DNA of 64,000 nucleotides from assembly GCA_002633005.1 (NCBI GenBank), contig NMRA01000142.1:794823-858822 (forward strand). The letters are read 5' to 3'. This document shows positions 24,151 through 37,520 of this stretch, one piece after another; within the stretch, counting starts at the first letter, position 1, and each line of letters opens with the position of its first letter. This DNA comes from Phoronis australis (Eukaryota; Animalia; Phoronida). The notes beneath the pieces were generated by a model that saw only the letters and a program-made list of their open reading frames with translations, did not search any database and was not told the DNA's origin. Position numbers and translations under genes: made by a program.

Positions 24151-24260
24151 GGTAATGGTCTGATATAACGTACCCGAATTTTGAGAACCAGTTTTCCCCA
24201 CTAAATAATGGGCATCAAACTGGTTCTCAAAATGCGGGCACGTTATATAAGACTATTGCC
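24151..24260. mobile_element. 110-bp MITE of the same family, perfect 8-bp TSD ataatgat
   Basis: Shares aaactggttctcaaaatgcgggcacgttat with 20982-21091; TSD at 24143-24150 and 24261-24268. Confidence 0.9.
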
Positions 24261-25840
24261 ATAATGATCAATAAAAAAACTTAGCTGCAGACAAAACAAC
24301 TGACTGAACTTAGTTTCCATGCAACATTTGCAGAAATAATCGGGCAAACTGTTGCATTCTACTTTCTTTTCATGACTTTGGTCATTTTTAACATTTATGC
24401 TAACACATCTATTAACATTTCACCACATTTGAGCAAGCCTTTGCAACCAGGAGGTTCTCGGAGTCACTGGATGTGTGAGGAAAACTTTGTGGTGTAGTCT
24501 GGCGTGTCCTTCATGTTCAGTCAATGCGTGTAACAGTGAACACTGCTACCTGTAAAATGGCAATTGCCACAATACAATAGCCTTCCGCTGGCTGTTAGTA
24601 TGTTAAGTCAAGCAAGCTAGACGGAAATGCCATACTGTTTAACGGGATAAAGTTTTTGAAAAAGTTACTCGGTTTCACTTTTGAAGAAAGAAACATGTAT
24701 TTTTAGCAACCGATATAATTTAGTATTTCAAGGAAAACCTGTATTAGGTGACTACATTAGGGTCTACACATTGACTGACAGACAGGGAGATGACATTTGC
24801 TAAATAAAAATCTTAAGGCATATAATTCTGGGGAAAATCTTACTGTGGCATAGATGTCCCTAGACTGACTATTGAAAAAACCCATGACATTGATAATGTC
24901 AGGGGATAGCCGTCAGAAATTCACCCGCACATCATACTTGTGTTGATAATAAAGCCAACATCCCTCCGCTTAGTAAATCGGCCGAAACTCACAAGTGGCA
25001 AAGACTTGGTGCACAAACGGTTTCAATTGCACAGCACTAGTAATGTGCATTGGTGATTTAACGAGGGCTGACGCTGATATTCTCATTCGCCAGCCACACC
25101 CCATAAAACGTTGGAAGTGATATGTTCTACAGAACTGATGAGGAATTCAGCAGGACTAAATTATAAAGTATTCTGGTTTAAATATAATCCACACAATTCT
25201 TCCGCTAAATGTTTTCTAATCGGTACCAGTATACGATACTGCCTTGCGCAGCAACGACATGCATTTGTAACAAATTTTTGACAATACAAACCCCTTACAT
25301 AAAAATACTTGTCAATTCCGTTGTTTAGGCACGTCCATTAAGGTGTTATACTTGTTGAAAAAATAACACTGGCAACAGAGATAGTGCGTGTTTAACTGTT
25401 ACAAAGTATATTATGACCTGGTTCACAAGCTGGCAACACTGAGTGAATACGAGTGAATAGCTGTTGCCACTGTGTATCAGCACTTGAGACAGGACAGTCT
25501 CCATTTCTTCGTCTACTGCATTACTAACAATAGTCGGGACATTGATTAAATACACAAAAGATTCAGGAGTCCCTTCTAACACAGGTGGTGCACCAGGCAG
25601 TAGACAAGAGTGTTGTGGGCATGACATTAGAGACATGTAGTTTTACAAGAGCCAACTAACATATTCAAAGTTAATAACTACTTTCACAATCAAATTAAAT
25701 TAATGCCACGTGTACTTGTAAAAATCTAAGACGCTATCATTTTAGTCCAAGACCCATTGCACGACCTTTGAACAAAGCCGACCTTGAACCAGACTTGACA
25801 GTCTCCACGTGAAAAGTCAATAGTTAAGTGGTTTCGACAT

Positions 25841-26116
25841 CACGGGTCTGTTTCAAGAAACTGACTAAGATAGAAATTTGGTCTTGCCCTGCCACTTCAT
25901 AATTGCTGAAAAAAGGTTTAGCCAAATAATTATGAGCACATCAGTCTAGAAACAATTTATTGAAATTATCTCAGTAACTAGCAGAAGTGTGTAAATACTC
26001 AGACACTTTGGACATTTTGCTGTAGTGAGATTTATTTGTTTTCTGAAATAGTTGTGTGGAGCGCAAGACCAAATTTCTGACTTGTCTTAAGAGACTTTTC
26101 ATGAAACAGGTCTCTG
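25841..26116. mobile_element. ~275-bp TIR element; partial copies at ~33690-33863 and ~62797-62945
   Basis: TIR cacgggtctgtttca / tgaaacaggtctctg; internal agaaatttggtcttgc / gcaagaccaaatttct shared with the other copies. Confidence 0.75.
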
Positions 26117-29100
26117 AATTAGGCACAAAATCCAAAAGTAGTAACCCAAGGAATCAGTAAAAGTCAGGGTTATAAAATACACATTGGTCCAATGATCTTC
26201 TCATTCTCTTTAACCATGATCCAACAAAAATAAGACCACTGAAACATGGATAGGCAACAAAGGAAACCCACAACCCATAACACATTGGGTAACCCTAGAT
26301 TGTGAGAGTAATGAGAATACCTATCAGATAACACGATGGTGTTGGCCTGTACATATACAAAGAGAGACAATCATTTGCAAGATGTCGCATATGCTTTCAG
26401 CAATTGTCTGAGGGACTGTTCACTAAGATCACCATTTTCGTGAATGTATGTAACGGATGATTTGGGGAGGGGGTCGAGACCCGTTGCTAGAGCATACCTT
26501 GGGCATAATAAAAAAGACAAAATTCATCACTTCCCTTCTGCATTTTTCGCACCTAATGGTCAATGTAGGGTCTAAGCTTGACAAACAAGTGAAGACACCA
26601 GATAGACATCTTGTCTTTTCATCTTGTTTTCACTTTCATTGGGAGGAGTCGGCCAACGGTTCATTAGGTACACTCAAGAAAATAATAATTGTGAGTTGAA
26701 TATTACACTAGTTGTTCAGTTCAGAGGTCATAACACTTGACAGTCTGTGGTGTCTCTGACCCAGTGCAGACCATCAGTGATACATAAAATAACAATGGTC
26801 TGTAAACTGTGTGCGGTGCGTGCAGTTGACTGTATTCAGCTTCTTGAAACAAGACACGTCAGCTCATGGAATAGTTCTTTGGTCCTGTAATCAAAAGTGT
26901 TACAAAGAATAAATTAACAAAAAAGAGACTCCAACACATCCAATTAGAAAGTTGGGTTGATATCGTAAAATCTCGCAAATTTAGGACAAGATATGATTAT
27001 CCACTGCAATTTGCACCAATCTACACCCTACTGGATCTCTGCGTCCAAATACCATGCTGAATTATTTCTCTGCAGGAGCTGAATGTAAAATGGGAATTGT
27101 GGCTTTCAATAAATTACTGCACAAGCCAAAAGTATTCAGACAAGATGATCCAAAACTCCAATCACGACAGCTGGGCAGAATCAAATTCATCGTTAGATTA
27201 GTCTTCCCTCAAGGCTGAGATGAAGTAGAATTACCAAGATTGTAAGGTGGCTAACTGGCTAAGCCTCTCAGTAATTAAGATACTGCCCCCATGTGAGTAA
27301 TAGTTATTATCAGCTATTTTTGCTTTTCACACAATTAGCTGTCATGACAGGAAAAGGGGATTTAATCTATTATTAACAATGTACTTCCTTCAAGCAAGGT
27401 GACACACGGTTTTACCTTTAGCAAACAGGACTTAACACCCACAAATTAATGATAAGATTGTGATCAAAAAGTGACTACTGCCAGGTTTGACTATGTATCA
27501 AACAGTGCCGCGGTGAATAGCAATCACAGGGATCTATAAGACAAGACAAGACATGGAAGACAAATGAAATACTGTTTGTCATAGAAGATGAGTAACATAA
27601 ATGCGTAAATAAATGCTTTATCTGTTTTAAGTTCTATTCCAATTAGCAGGAAGTTTTGAGAAATTGAGGACAATCACATTCATGTGGAGGCCTTTGAAAA
27701 ATGAAGAAACGTCAATTTTGAAAATTATTTTTGTCTGAAACAAGCGACATTTTAACGTAAATATCTTTGTAAAAAGCAGTGATGGCAATTTCAATGCTTT
27801 GCTAGGAAAAGACACTATGCATCTAAGTACGGACAGCTTGTAGCTTCTACAATGTGTTGTAAACTTTACTTCAGAACTATGGACACTAACAGCTGCTACT
27901 AGAGGTTTCAGCAAGTTTATTTCAGAGCAAACGGTACTGAATATACAATGTAAGACTATAAACACAACAGGGACATTATCAAAATAATTGATGAAATATC
28001 TACTGTATGACCTGCATGATTCTGATCACTACACATAAAAGAATGGTAATTAGCTTTATTTCACAATTTGACTGAAAAATAAAATTTAAACATTTGAGCA
28101 TTATCATTGAACCAGATGTTCCATGATCTAAACAGCGCTAAATACATCTCAAGATTTTGGTGTCCATATCCCATGGAACTGGGGAAATATTTTAGGGTTC
28201 AACCGCACACATTTTCACACTGATTATACATGCTAGGTGTTCCTTTCACGTTTCCTGCCCAGTAGATATGCATTCTATTGCTAGATCTTCCAATAGCAGG
28301 AGTCGCTCACTGTATAACCATCCTACATAACACAAATAGTTTAACTATAGGGCGAGATATTTTCAGATGGAGAGAAATCCCACAAGCCCTAGAAGCCAGG
28401 AGTCCAGGCCACTACACATATGTAAACTTATAGATTTCCTGATCATAAATTGAATGACGCTACGATGAATAGGCAGATATGATAAAACTCCAATGCCAGC
28501 TTCTTACTCATGTAAAATCAATGTGGCTTGCAGGCATAGATGGTTTCACTACAGCTGTCCATCCAATGATGTGTCATTCACGGAATTAGTTTGTGACACA
28601 TTTACAAGTTGCTTGGAACCAATGAATCAGTTACTAAAGGGCCATGCTGGTCTGAACGGGATTTGAACTCTGCTGCCGCGTTTGAACTCCACTGCCCTCT
28701 GCTGCTGGTGTCGAGACTTAAACTCTGCCATTATTGTGGCGGAAGTTAGGGCAAACTATGTGACATGCACATACCACATGCATGGAGATGGTATGACTAA
28801 CAGTTCCAAACACCTGGCTGCTTCAGTCAACAATTGAAGACCAATAGTCTCTGGTGAATTAATGGGTGTTAACGACACAACTTAAATTTAAACTGGCTGT
28901 ACCCACCTTAGGTAGTCAAAACATTAACTTCTGATTAAGACCACTTTCTGGTACGAAATACATCTCAACTTGTTCCTTACTCAGATGGAGAATCAGTTTT
29001 GAGACTTGAGACCATGATTGACACCTAATCTGACATGCCGTGACAAGACAACTTATAGAGCTTCAGAATCAGGTATAATTCGCAAGTACCACAATAGTAA

Positions 29101-32100
29101 CAAGTTAAAGACAATGCTATTTTAACATATTCTATGCTAAACAAAGTGGGGTTGTATCCAATGACAACTTGTAAATGTGAAAACAAAAAATTCTCCAAAT
29201 AAGTGACCTTTGCACTACTGATATACCTTAGGGGCTCACCATCACGACTGGACACAGTTCAGTAATTTCAGGCGGATCATTTTCGCCACAAAACTCGCTC
29301 TTAAAAACATTTGGCAATTTTCAGCCTACGTCATATTCACATCGTCGTTACATATTGTGTTTCAAACTCGTTTGGCCTAGCAATCACACAGACAGGGAAT
29401 CAGCCTGAAAGTTCCACTTTAAGACCACATTCATAGTGCTAAGTGTCCTGAATCAGTTTTTCAAGGAAGACACGTTTACAGATCAGCATTAAATGCAGAC
29501 ACAATGATCTCGCAACATCTATTCTGAGAGGAAAGGAAAATGCTTGACGGAAAGTCAATGTATTCGTATAGCACATACGGACATATTTAGGTCCATGCGT
29601 CTGCATGAAAAGCCGAGCCTACATTCGTAAATACCTGCATTCTGAAAAACAAAGGAGAAAGTTTCTGCTGAGTACAAAGTCTACCCTTATCCCGATACAT
29701 AAAATGTAAAGATTGACATGTACTCAAGATAACTGTATTTAAATGACAAGTATGTAAAAGACTGAGAACACACGCACACACACGTACGTGCAGGTTTCAG
29801 TTATAATTTCAAAACATCAACCAAGCGAAGACTACATATATAGAAAGGCATGTTGGTCCACAATATGCGTTTCTGATGGCCTGTATTATTGGATTTTCCG
29901 ACAACGTTGACTAAAAAAAAACAGCCAATCTCCGTCAATGAACTTCTAATGAACTTCAAATTGATTTTTCTCGAAAGGGGAATCGGTGCAAACCAGCAAC
30001 ACTTTGTTATGATGGTGGTAACATGATCCAGATCAAAACATGGGCCATTGTCTGCTACAACTGTTTCCAAGTATCCACATGTGGGGACAGACCTAAGTTG
30101 TGCTCTTGAACACAAGACTTTGAAAACAGTAGTTGAAGTCTTACACCTAGAAACAACTTGCACAAAGAAAACAAAAGAGGAAAATCAGGTGTACACGACA
30201 CAGGTGTTCAATGTAAAAAACTGGGTTATCAACGAGCCATAAAATTCGTCTCGTGAGAGTAAATACCTAGGTTCAGATTGACCGAGAACCTGCTGAGATG
30301 AACCCCAGAACTTCACCTAACCAACTAACATTGGTCTATTTATATTCAGGTCCTTGAGCAGTAACAATTCTAATTTAAGACAGTCAGTCAACAAGAAATT
30401 TTCTTTATCATTGATTTTTAAAGAGGATTATTTTTATTTCTGATTTCCGCCAGAGAAGATTTCCATGCATATAGCCACTTGTTTATGTTTCTTAGAGTGA
30501 AAAACATTGCTTAAAAATCCTGGGCATAGCACCAGCGTATTAGTCGAAATACTTTAAGGTCCACTAAGAATCATGTTCTGGATTCAGGGTCTATTCTACA
30601 GACTCAGGCTCAACTCAAGACTCGCGATTCAAAACTTAACCAATCGTGCCACATTGTTAGGGCACAGATTTTTTTTTAAGTTTAAGTAAATAATACCATG
30701 CAAGTGGTCATTTTTCGAGTCCAGTTCCGAGTACAGAAGGTGTGTTACTGTCCCTTTAAAAGTTTTTAGTAGCGCAACAGGGACAACGTTACTGATAAGT
30801 AATAGTACACAGCGTCTTATGTGAAGGCCATAAAAGTATATTTGAAGATTGACAACACACTTCAAATTCAAGGATCACAACAATCAGGTCAAATTCGAGC
30901 CCTTGACTTATGGAAATGGTTTTGTATAAACTGCGTTGTAACGTATTCAACTCAGGCAAGTCACAATTTCTACTGAGTACGAAGCTATGACAATATAATT
31001 TAAGGAGACCTATCTTGTACCAAAAGTTTGCTTAGGTCTCAAGTAGGATCAAGTGCACAGTGATTACAAAATGGAAGAGAACTTCACCAAAGATGGCATC
31101 ATGAAGTTACTCTGAGAGGCTCTTTCTATATAATGCAATGACGTAACAAGATTTGGTTTCTCCGTAATATCTGAGTGAACTGGAGTTGCAAATAATCTCC
31201 AGACAACCAGTTTTAAGTGTTTAATGTGGAAAATAAAAACCCAAGATCACACATAACCGGACCAATCAACAAGTAGGTACGATGTTGTGAGTGCACAGAA
31301 GTTTTCAAAAATTTGTGGGATGATAGATATCGTACAAAACTTGAATGTAGTAAAGCATCAATTTGACAGTGTGAATTTTGCATGAAAAATACTAAAGGTT
31401 CAACTGTTGGCCACACTGTCCTCATCTGGTGATTTAGTGCATTCAATAGTCACCAGAGGTTGTTTTTGTGTCATCTGACACAACCAAGTGAAAACAGATG
31501 CATGTTGACTCATCGTTTTTGATCAGTTGCAAGATTAGAATAATTTGTTTCGCTTCTCCATTATCTTTCCGGATATTTGATTGACCAAAATACCACCAGA
31601 TTTGTCTAATTTTTCAAATATTATTTTTTTCAAATATTATTTACGCTTCGTTATGTGTTGATACAATCTTTTCTAAACTTCTTTCATGGACTCAACCTAG
31701 AAATTGCAATGAACCCCAAAATTTTGGAAGTGTAGGGTGAACATCGAGTATTACAAAACCCATACATATCAAACCTTCACAAAGAAATCTAAGCATAAAA
31801 TATGGACAATGGGTGGAGAAAAAAAGAGTCAACAGGAAACATTCTCCATATGGTACAACTCTTCAACATTGTGAGAGCACAAAAGCATCTTTCCTTAGCA
31901 ACACGCACCAAAATTCTGGTGTGCAAGACAGGCCGAGTTAACAGGGACGAAACAAAATCTTTCTTTCACAGACATTTTTAGACGGACATTTTTTGGGAAT
32001 CGTTTGACTATCCCACTGCACAACAGTGACAATTAACAGCACGAAGATCGCAAAGAATTTACGAAAAAAAAATGCTATTATTTATCCCACTGGGTTAAAT

Positions 32101-34834
32101 CCATATGAGAAAGCAGAAAGTTCTCCACCAACTACCCTAAGCGCCATCTAGTGACAAGGCACACTTCATCATGTTGCTGCCTTGTCAGGGAAGATAGATA
32201 GGGGGAAAATAGATATTCAGACAGAGTCTGATTCATTGTCTGCAAGTAGGCTTGACCCCTAGCAAGGAACAGCAAGAGTATTGATAAGTACAGGAAATCC
32301 CTACTGCCCCACTGACCACAGGTGAACAAAGTTTATCACCGATGTTAGAATGAGATTCATTGTTTAATGACTATGTTCTGCCTTCTAGAATTAGGTTAGT
32401 GAAAACAAAATTAACCAGAAGGCCCTCAAGCCTTTTCCACCCAGTTCAATCTGCAACCACAAATGCATCGAGAAAACAATGGAGTTAACTTGAGCTCCAT
32501 GTTAGCTTCATTACTAAACCAAAATAGACTTATTGTCAAGGAATGACATGATCAGCGAAGTTATCGCAAGGTGGCATTGCGATTTTAAACATGCGCAGCA
32601 GTATTAAGTAAACGTACTTTTTCAAATATGAAGATACGATTACATATTTAGATAACTGAAATTAAATACGTATAGTGGTAGGATAAAGAATGATTGAACA
32701 AAGTATTCAGAAATATTTTACGCAAAATGTGCGCTGTTGCTGATAATATCGATAACACCAAAGTTAAGCATTCACACTGAATCGACAGACACGTCAACTG
32801 ATAAATCCGTCTGCTTACTGACAAATAAATGCGCAATTTCAACTTCGAACCATCAAAGAAGTGATTTCAGCATTCCCATTACAGTAACTAACTCTCCCCT
32901 AAAAATTTGACAATTGAAAATAGAATTTCACTTTTGGCCACAATGTCCGCTAAATAAGTGGAAGGCAAAAACCTAATTACCTTCCAAGTATTACTGAATT
33001 ATCTACCTATCAAAAAGATTGGTTCTAATCTTGCATTCTAAGCTATTGAGGCACATTTAATAATTAATCCTAGGGACTTGCAAGACACAGGAGGCAAGAA
33101 ATCTTGTCTAATGTAACGTAAAGTAGTTGTGAGAATTCAGAGCATTTATGGATCATTTAATTCTAATAATTCAACCTCTTCAAGACCAGACTCGCCTATC
33201 GCTTTATCAAGGCTAATCTGCTAGTGTGCCTTTGTAAGTGCTTGAGAATTGAACAAAAAGGGGAAAGCAACCTGATTTGATGTTAAATTTAAGAAAAAAT
33301 GCAGGTCCCTGGTTATCATGGAGATACATTTTTCAACGGTAATTAATTACTTTGGCCAGTATTTAATATCCCTGGAACAACAACAGGAAGTGATGTCAAC
33401 GGCCCAGAACAAGACCTGCATCTTGCTTCTACATTCACTTTCGTTGAGCAAACACAAATGACCAACACACAGTGTTCACTGATGAGCAAGGCATTGCATA
33501 AATGTAGGGATCTGTATTTTTACTAAACATAACATCAAAACCATTGCATTCCTCTTCAACAGCAAACATTTCACATACAACAAAAGACTCTCTCACTTGA
33601 CCCAATTTCAACTTCTCATGTGCAAGGTGGGCCAAGTTGACAAGAGTGAATTGATATCTACTTCGTTGGAGGACATTTTATGAAGATGGTCGCAGTCTAA
33701 AATAATTCGTACAAATTATCTCAGCACCTAACAGTTATGGGTTTATTCTGCAAGACCACATTTTTGCTCAAGTGAAATTTAATCAAATGTCAGAAATGGT
33801 TGTGAAGAGCGTAAGACCAAATTTCTGACTTGTGTCCTAAGAGGCCTTTTCGTGAAACAAACCTGGCATTAACCTGAATAAATACGGTAAATGTCACGAC
33901 ATCGTAGACTTCCTCTGTTCCTAACCACAAGATTCAATGTCATGTGCTTGGTGAGTAGCGACTTCGTGTCAACCCAGCTTGCACTCTGACCATTTGGTAT
34001 AGAAGTGATTGGAGTCCACTTAAACTTCATGATCAAATACGCTCTTGATTTCCTCAAGTGCCCTGACATCTGCTATCATCAATTTCTGTCAAACCTTATT
34101 AGATTTTGTTCCTTATAGACAAAATTTGGGTTTATCTAAGTGCAATTTTAAAAGACTAGATAGCTTACACATTGAAGAGATTTCCATGTGAGACACGAGC
34201 CTTCGTACCCGTCATCGAAATACAATTTTTATGTTATTTCAACAACTTTCAACACAGATGAAAAATCTGACACCAAAGACACTAACATCGGTCAAAAGCA
34301 GTTTATGTAATTCACCAAAGTCGCATAGAGCAAGAGGTTTAGATCAACCAACTAACCACCATCTGCACTGTACTGATTAGAGGGTAACCCAAATACCAAG
34401 AAAACAATGACTATTTCAGGAGTCTGCTATCACCTTTCATGTGCTGGCATATCTTGAACTGGTCGTGTCTGAGCCACGCATTTAAAACTTACTTCGGGAC
34501 AGTTACATTTCGGTACGTGGCTCTAAGACAAGGTTTTGTAAAAGTTTGAAAACATTATTTTTTCTCACCCATGCGCTAGCTTAGTTTCATCTGAAGAGCA
34601 TTTAGAAAAATTACAAATTATCACTCAAACAGAGCATTCTGGGCAGACATGGGACCAGGATATTTTAACCGAGACAAATATAGGGAGGGGCTAGAGAATT
34701 CCTCGGTGACATCACTGTTCAAGTGACTTGTATGGAAGTCTGGACCCTACCCATGACAGGTTTTCCAAGTTTTGGTATCTGCTAACTCAACTAATAACGT
34801 GGCCTGAACGAATACCCACCTAAGTCACAGACGG

Positions 34835-35374
34835 CTATATTATCGTACAGCAGCCATTTCTCTCTCTCACCGGACTAGTGTTCATTTCACGAACTATTTC
34901 TATAAACACCTCGTTGACGTTCTGAGTATTCTTAGCCGACGACTCCAGGAAGGGACAACCCCAGGCCTGGCTCAGCGACTGTCCCTCGTTGGTAGTCACC
35001 TCCCGCTGGCTGTCCAAGTCTACCTTGTTTCCGACCAGCAGGATGGGCACTTTATCCACGCCCTTGACCCTACTGATCTGTTCTTTCATGTTCCTAATGT
35101 CCTGAAACGTCTGTAAACTCGTGATGCTGTACACCACCACAAATCCTTGTCCATTTTTTATGTACAAATCCCTCATCGAGGCAAACTGCTCCGTACCGGC
35201 AGTGTCCAGTATTTCTAACACAGACGGTGCTCCGTCAACTTCGATCTCTTTGCGATAGAAGTCCTCTATAGTCGGGTCGTACTTTTCCATGAACGTTCCT
35301 GACACAAATTTGACTGTGAGGGCACTCTTGCCAACACCGCCACTTCCCAGTACAACCACTTTGAACTCCCTCAT
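34835..35374 (-). CDS. RAP2: Ras-related protein Rap-2, 179 aa, single-exon CDS
   Basis: [17 protein letters not shown] (Phe39 typical of Rap2; Rap1 has Ser), [30 protein letters not shown]-terminal CCTII CAAX. Confidence 0.97.
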   Translation of the reverse strand: MREFKVVVLGSGGVGKSALTVKFVSGTFMEKYDPTIEDFYRKEIEVDGAPSVLEILDTAGTEQFASMRDLYIKNGQGFVVVYSITSLQTFQDIRNMKEQISRVKGVDKVPILLVGNKVDLDSQREVTTNEGQSLSQAWGCPFLESSAKNTQNVNEVFIEIVREMNTSPVRERNGCCTII

Positions 35375-37364
35375 TTTTCAGCCTGTAATATAAAGAAATT
35401 GCCATTAAGTGTAAATAAAAACTAGCCATCTTTAACACTGGCAAACTGTTCTTGCATTGCTGCTTCACAAAAACAAAGACGAGCTGACCCAGACTGAGGC
35501 AGTGAAGGACGACACCAACAGCTGAGACAGTGAAATCCTCCACTTCCATCAACACATCAGCCAGCCAGCATGAAACAGATTTTTGAAAAGAATTATCAGT
35601 GCATGGAAGGGTCATATGCCATTTGCCTGTAGACACCAGGCTGGCAATCAACCATGCATTCTAACAGAAACAAAGGACGTGGGAAGCAATACACTCCAGT
35701 TAGGCATCAAACAGATCCCTGTATAATACAGGTTCATCACAACATGGATGGGTCACCTCACCATTTACAGAAGCACCAGGCCAGACAACAACACACCCAA
35801 AGAACATAGTAGCAAACCACAGGTCAGCCTGCATTAAATAGATTCCCCAGTCAAACCTTTGGCACATGAGAGGGTCACAGGGCGTAGCAAACAATTACCA
35901 AGTTACCAGTACTCATCAACCAGTCATAATACAACAGATTCCTGAATCAGACATGACTTAGTGAATGGGTCATGCCATTTCTTGAGACAACAGGCCCGAT
36001 GGCCACCCACCCTAGCAACATATGAGACAGCTTATAGTAGTTAGCCTAGAACTATTCCAGGAATTCATACGCACAGCATAACTGATCCAGAGCACGTTAA
36101 ATACACACAGAAGTCAGAGACAGAAACATCAATGCGCTATAGCACAACACTGTTCAGCAATTTATTGCAAAATGTCAATCTCTTCAAAGTTAACGCACAA
36201 GTAAAACTCAGAACAGGACTAATACCCAAGCCACTAGCGATTCGTTGCCTACTTTTCTCACTACGTGATAGTGTTACTGGTAATACTGTATATTTTATTT
36301 ACCGAGTCTAGTGAGACTGACTAGCCTGACCACATCTAAATAAGACAGCCAACACATCATTCCCAGTCCCCCAACAGACCACCCCCATTAACACAGACAT
36401 ATGTTTAATGGATGACATTAGCATAATTGCAATATCCAGCTGATAGATTGAGGTATTCACTGGCAGCCAGCATATAACATCCATCAACCAAAGATAGACT
36501 CCCCCATTTTTGTATCTCATTCTGTCAGTCAAAGACAAGCTACAGTTGACTTAACTGAATCAGGTGTCACCAGATAGGCTAATGGAACTCTCACTGCACC
36601 AAATTGAGCTGAGCAATTATGATGCACTCAGGTGGCCTAATAGACAGAAGATCCATCATTTTAGCCAATGTCAGACAAAATTCACATCTCAGTGATCAAA
36701 ACCTGATTTGATTCTTCCCAGACCTTTAATTTGCCAAAAGACTTGTCTTGTAGCTGTGAGAAAGATTATATTCCAGTGAGGTACCTTGAGGTTAGCCACC
36801 AAGTAATTGCATAATGGTCAGAAATCTCAGAATCCAAACATTAGGCATGGCCATCACCGTGGTAACAGTGTGATGACCACAACAGTTTTCATGGTGCCTT
36901 TGCAACGTTCATTTGGCTGATTCAGTCAACAAGTGTTGAAGCGAAAATGTTCCATTTCTGTACGATACCACCTAACTTGTCCTGGCGGAGACAAATGGTG
37001 CCTAACTTCGAAGAATTTTGTTATTTTAGATGTATTGTGCTAGCCAGATAGTCCTAGCAAAGCCTTGGTAAAACTAAGAAAACTAGAGTTCAATTGCGAA
37101 AATGTACACTGGTCAAATGATAAGTAAAGCTGCCTTTTGGTGCCATGTTGCATCACCAGGCGATCCTAGCACAAACAACAAAAGCACAATAACAGTTGTA
37201 TTGAATAGGGATCTGAATAAAACACCATTGTGTGAGGGTGTTATTCAAAGCTAATAGGTGATTCTCCAAATGACCTAGACAAAAGCAAGCCAATAGGCTT
37301 AACAGTTCATTACTGGACTGAGAACAGTGCTCCTCAGACTCTAGGAACCAAATTTACAGGCTTA

Positions 37365-37520
37365 CAGTGCTGTAGTGGGGTGTATGCGCACGTAGGCACA
37401 GCCAACCACCTTTTGGCATTTGAACGTAGCGTCTACGCACCGTAAATTATGTTCAGTGCTCAAGGTGATACTGTGGGCTTTGGGCGCCAACTTACCTCTA
37501 ACTTTACCACTACAGCACTG
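37365..37520. mobile_element. hAT-like MITE with 14-bp perfect TIR and 8-bp TSD
   Basis: cagtgctgtagtgg / ccactacagcactg; flanks caggctta / cacgctta. Related sequence at ~54050-54242 in reverse. Confidence 0.85.

Noticed and set aside
35235-35651. 138-aa ORF overlapping the RAP2 start in another frame
   Set aside because: Non-ATG start, runs through intronic acceptor sequence, no recognisable domain.
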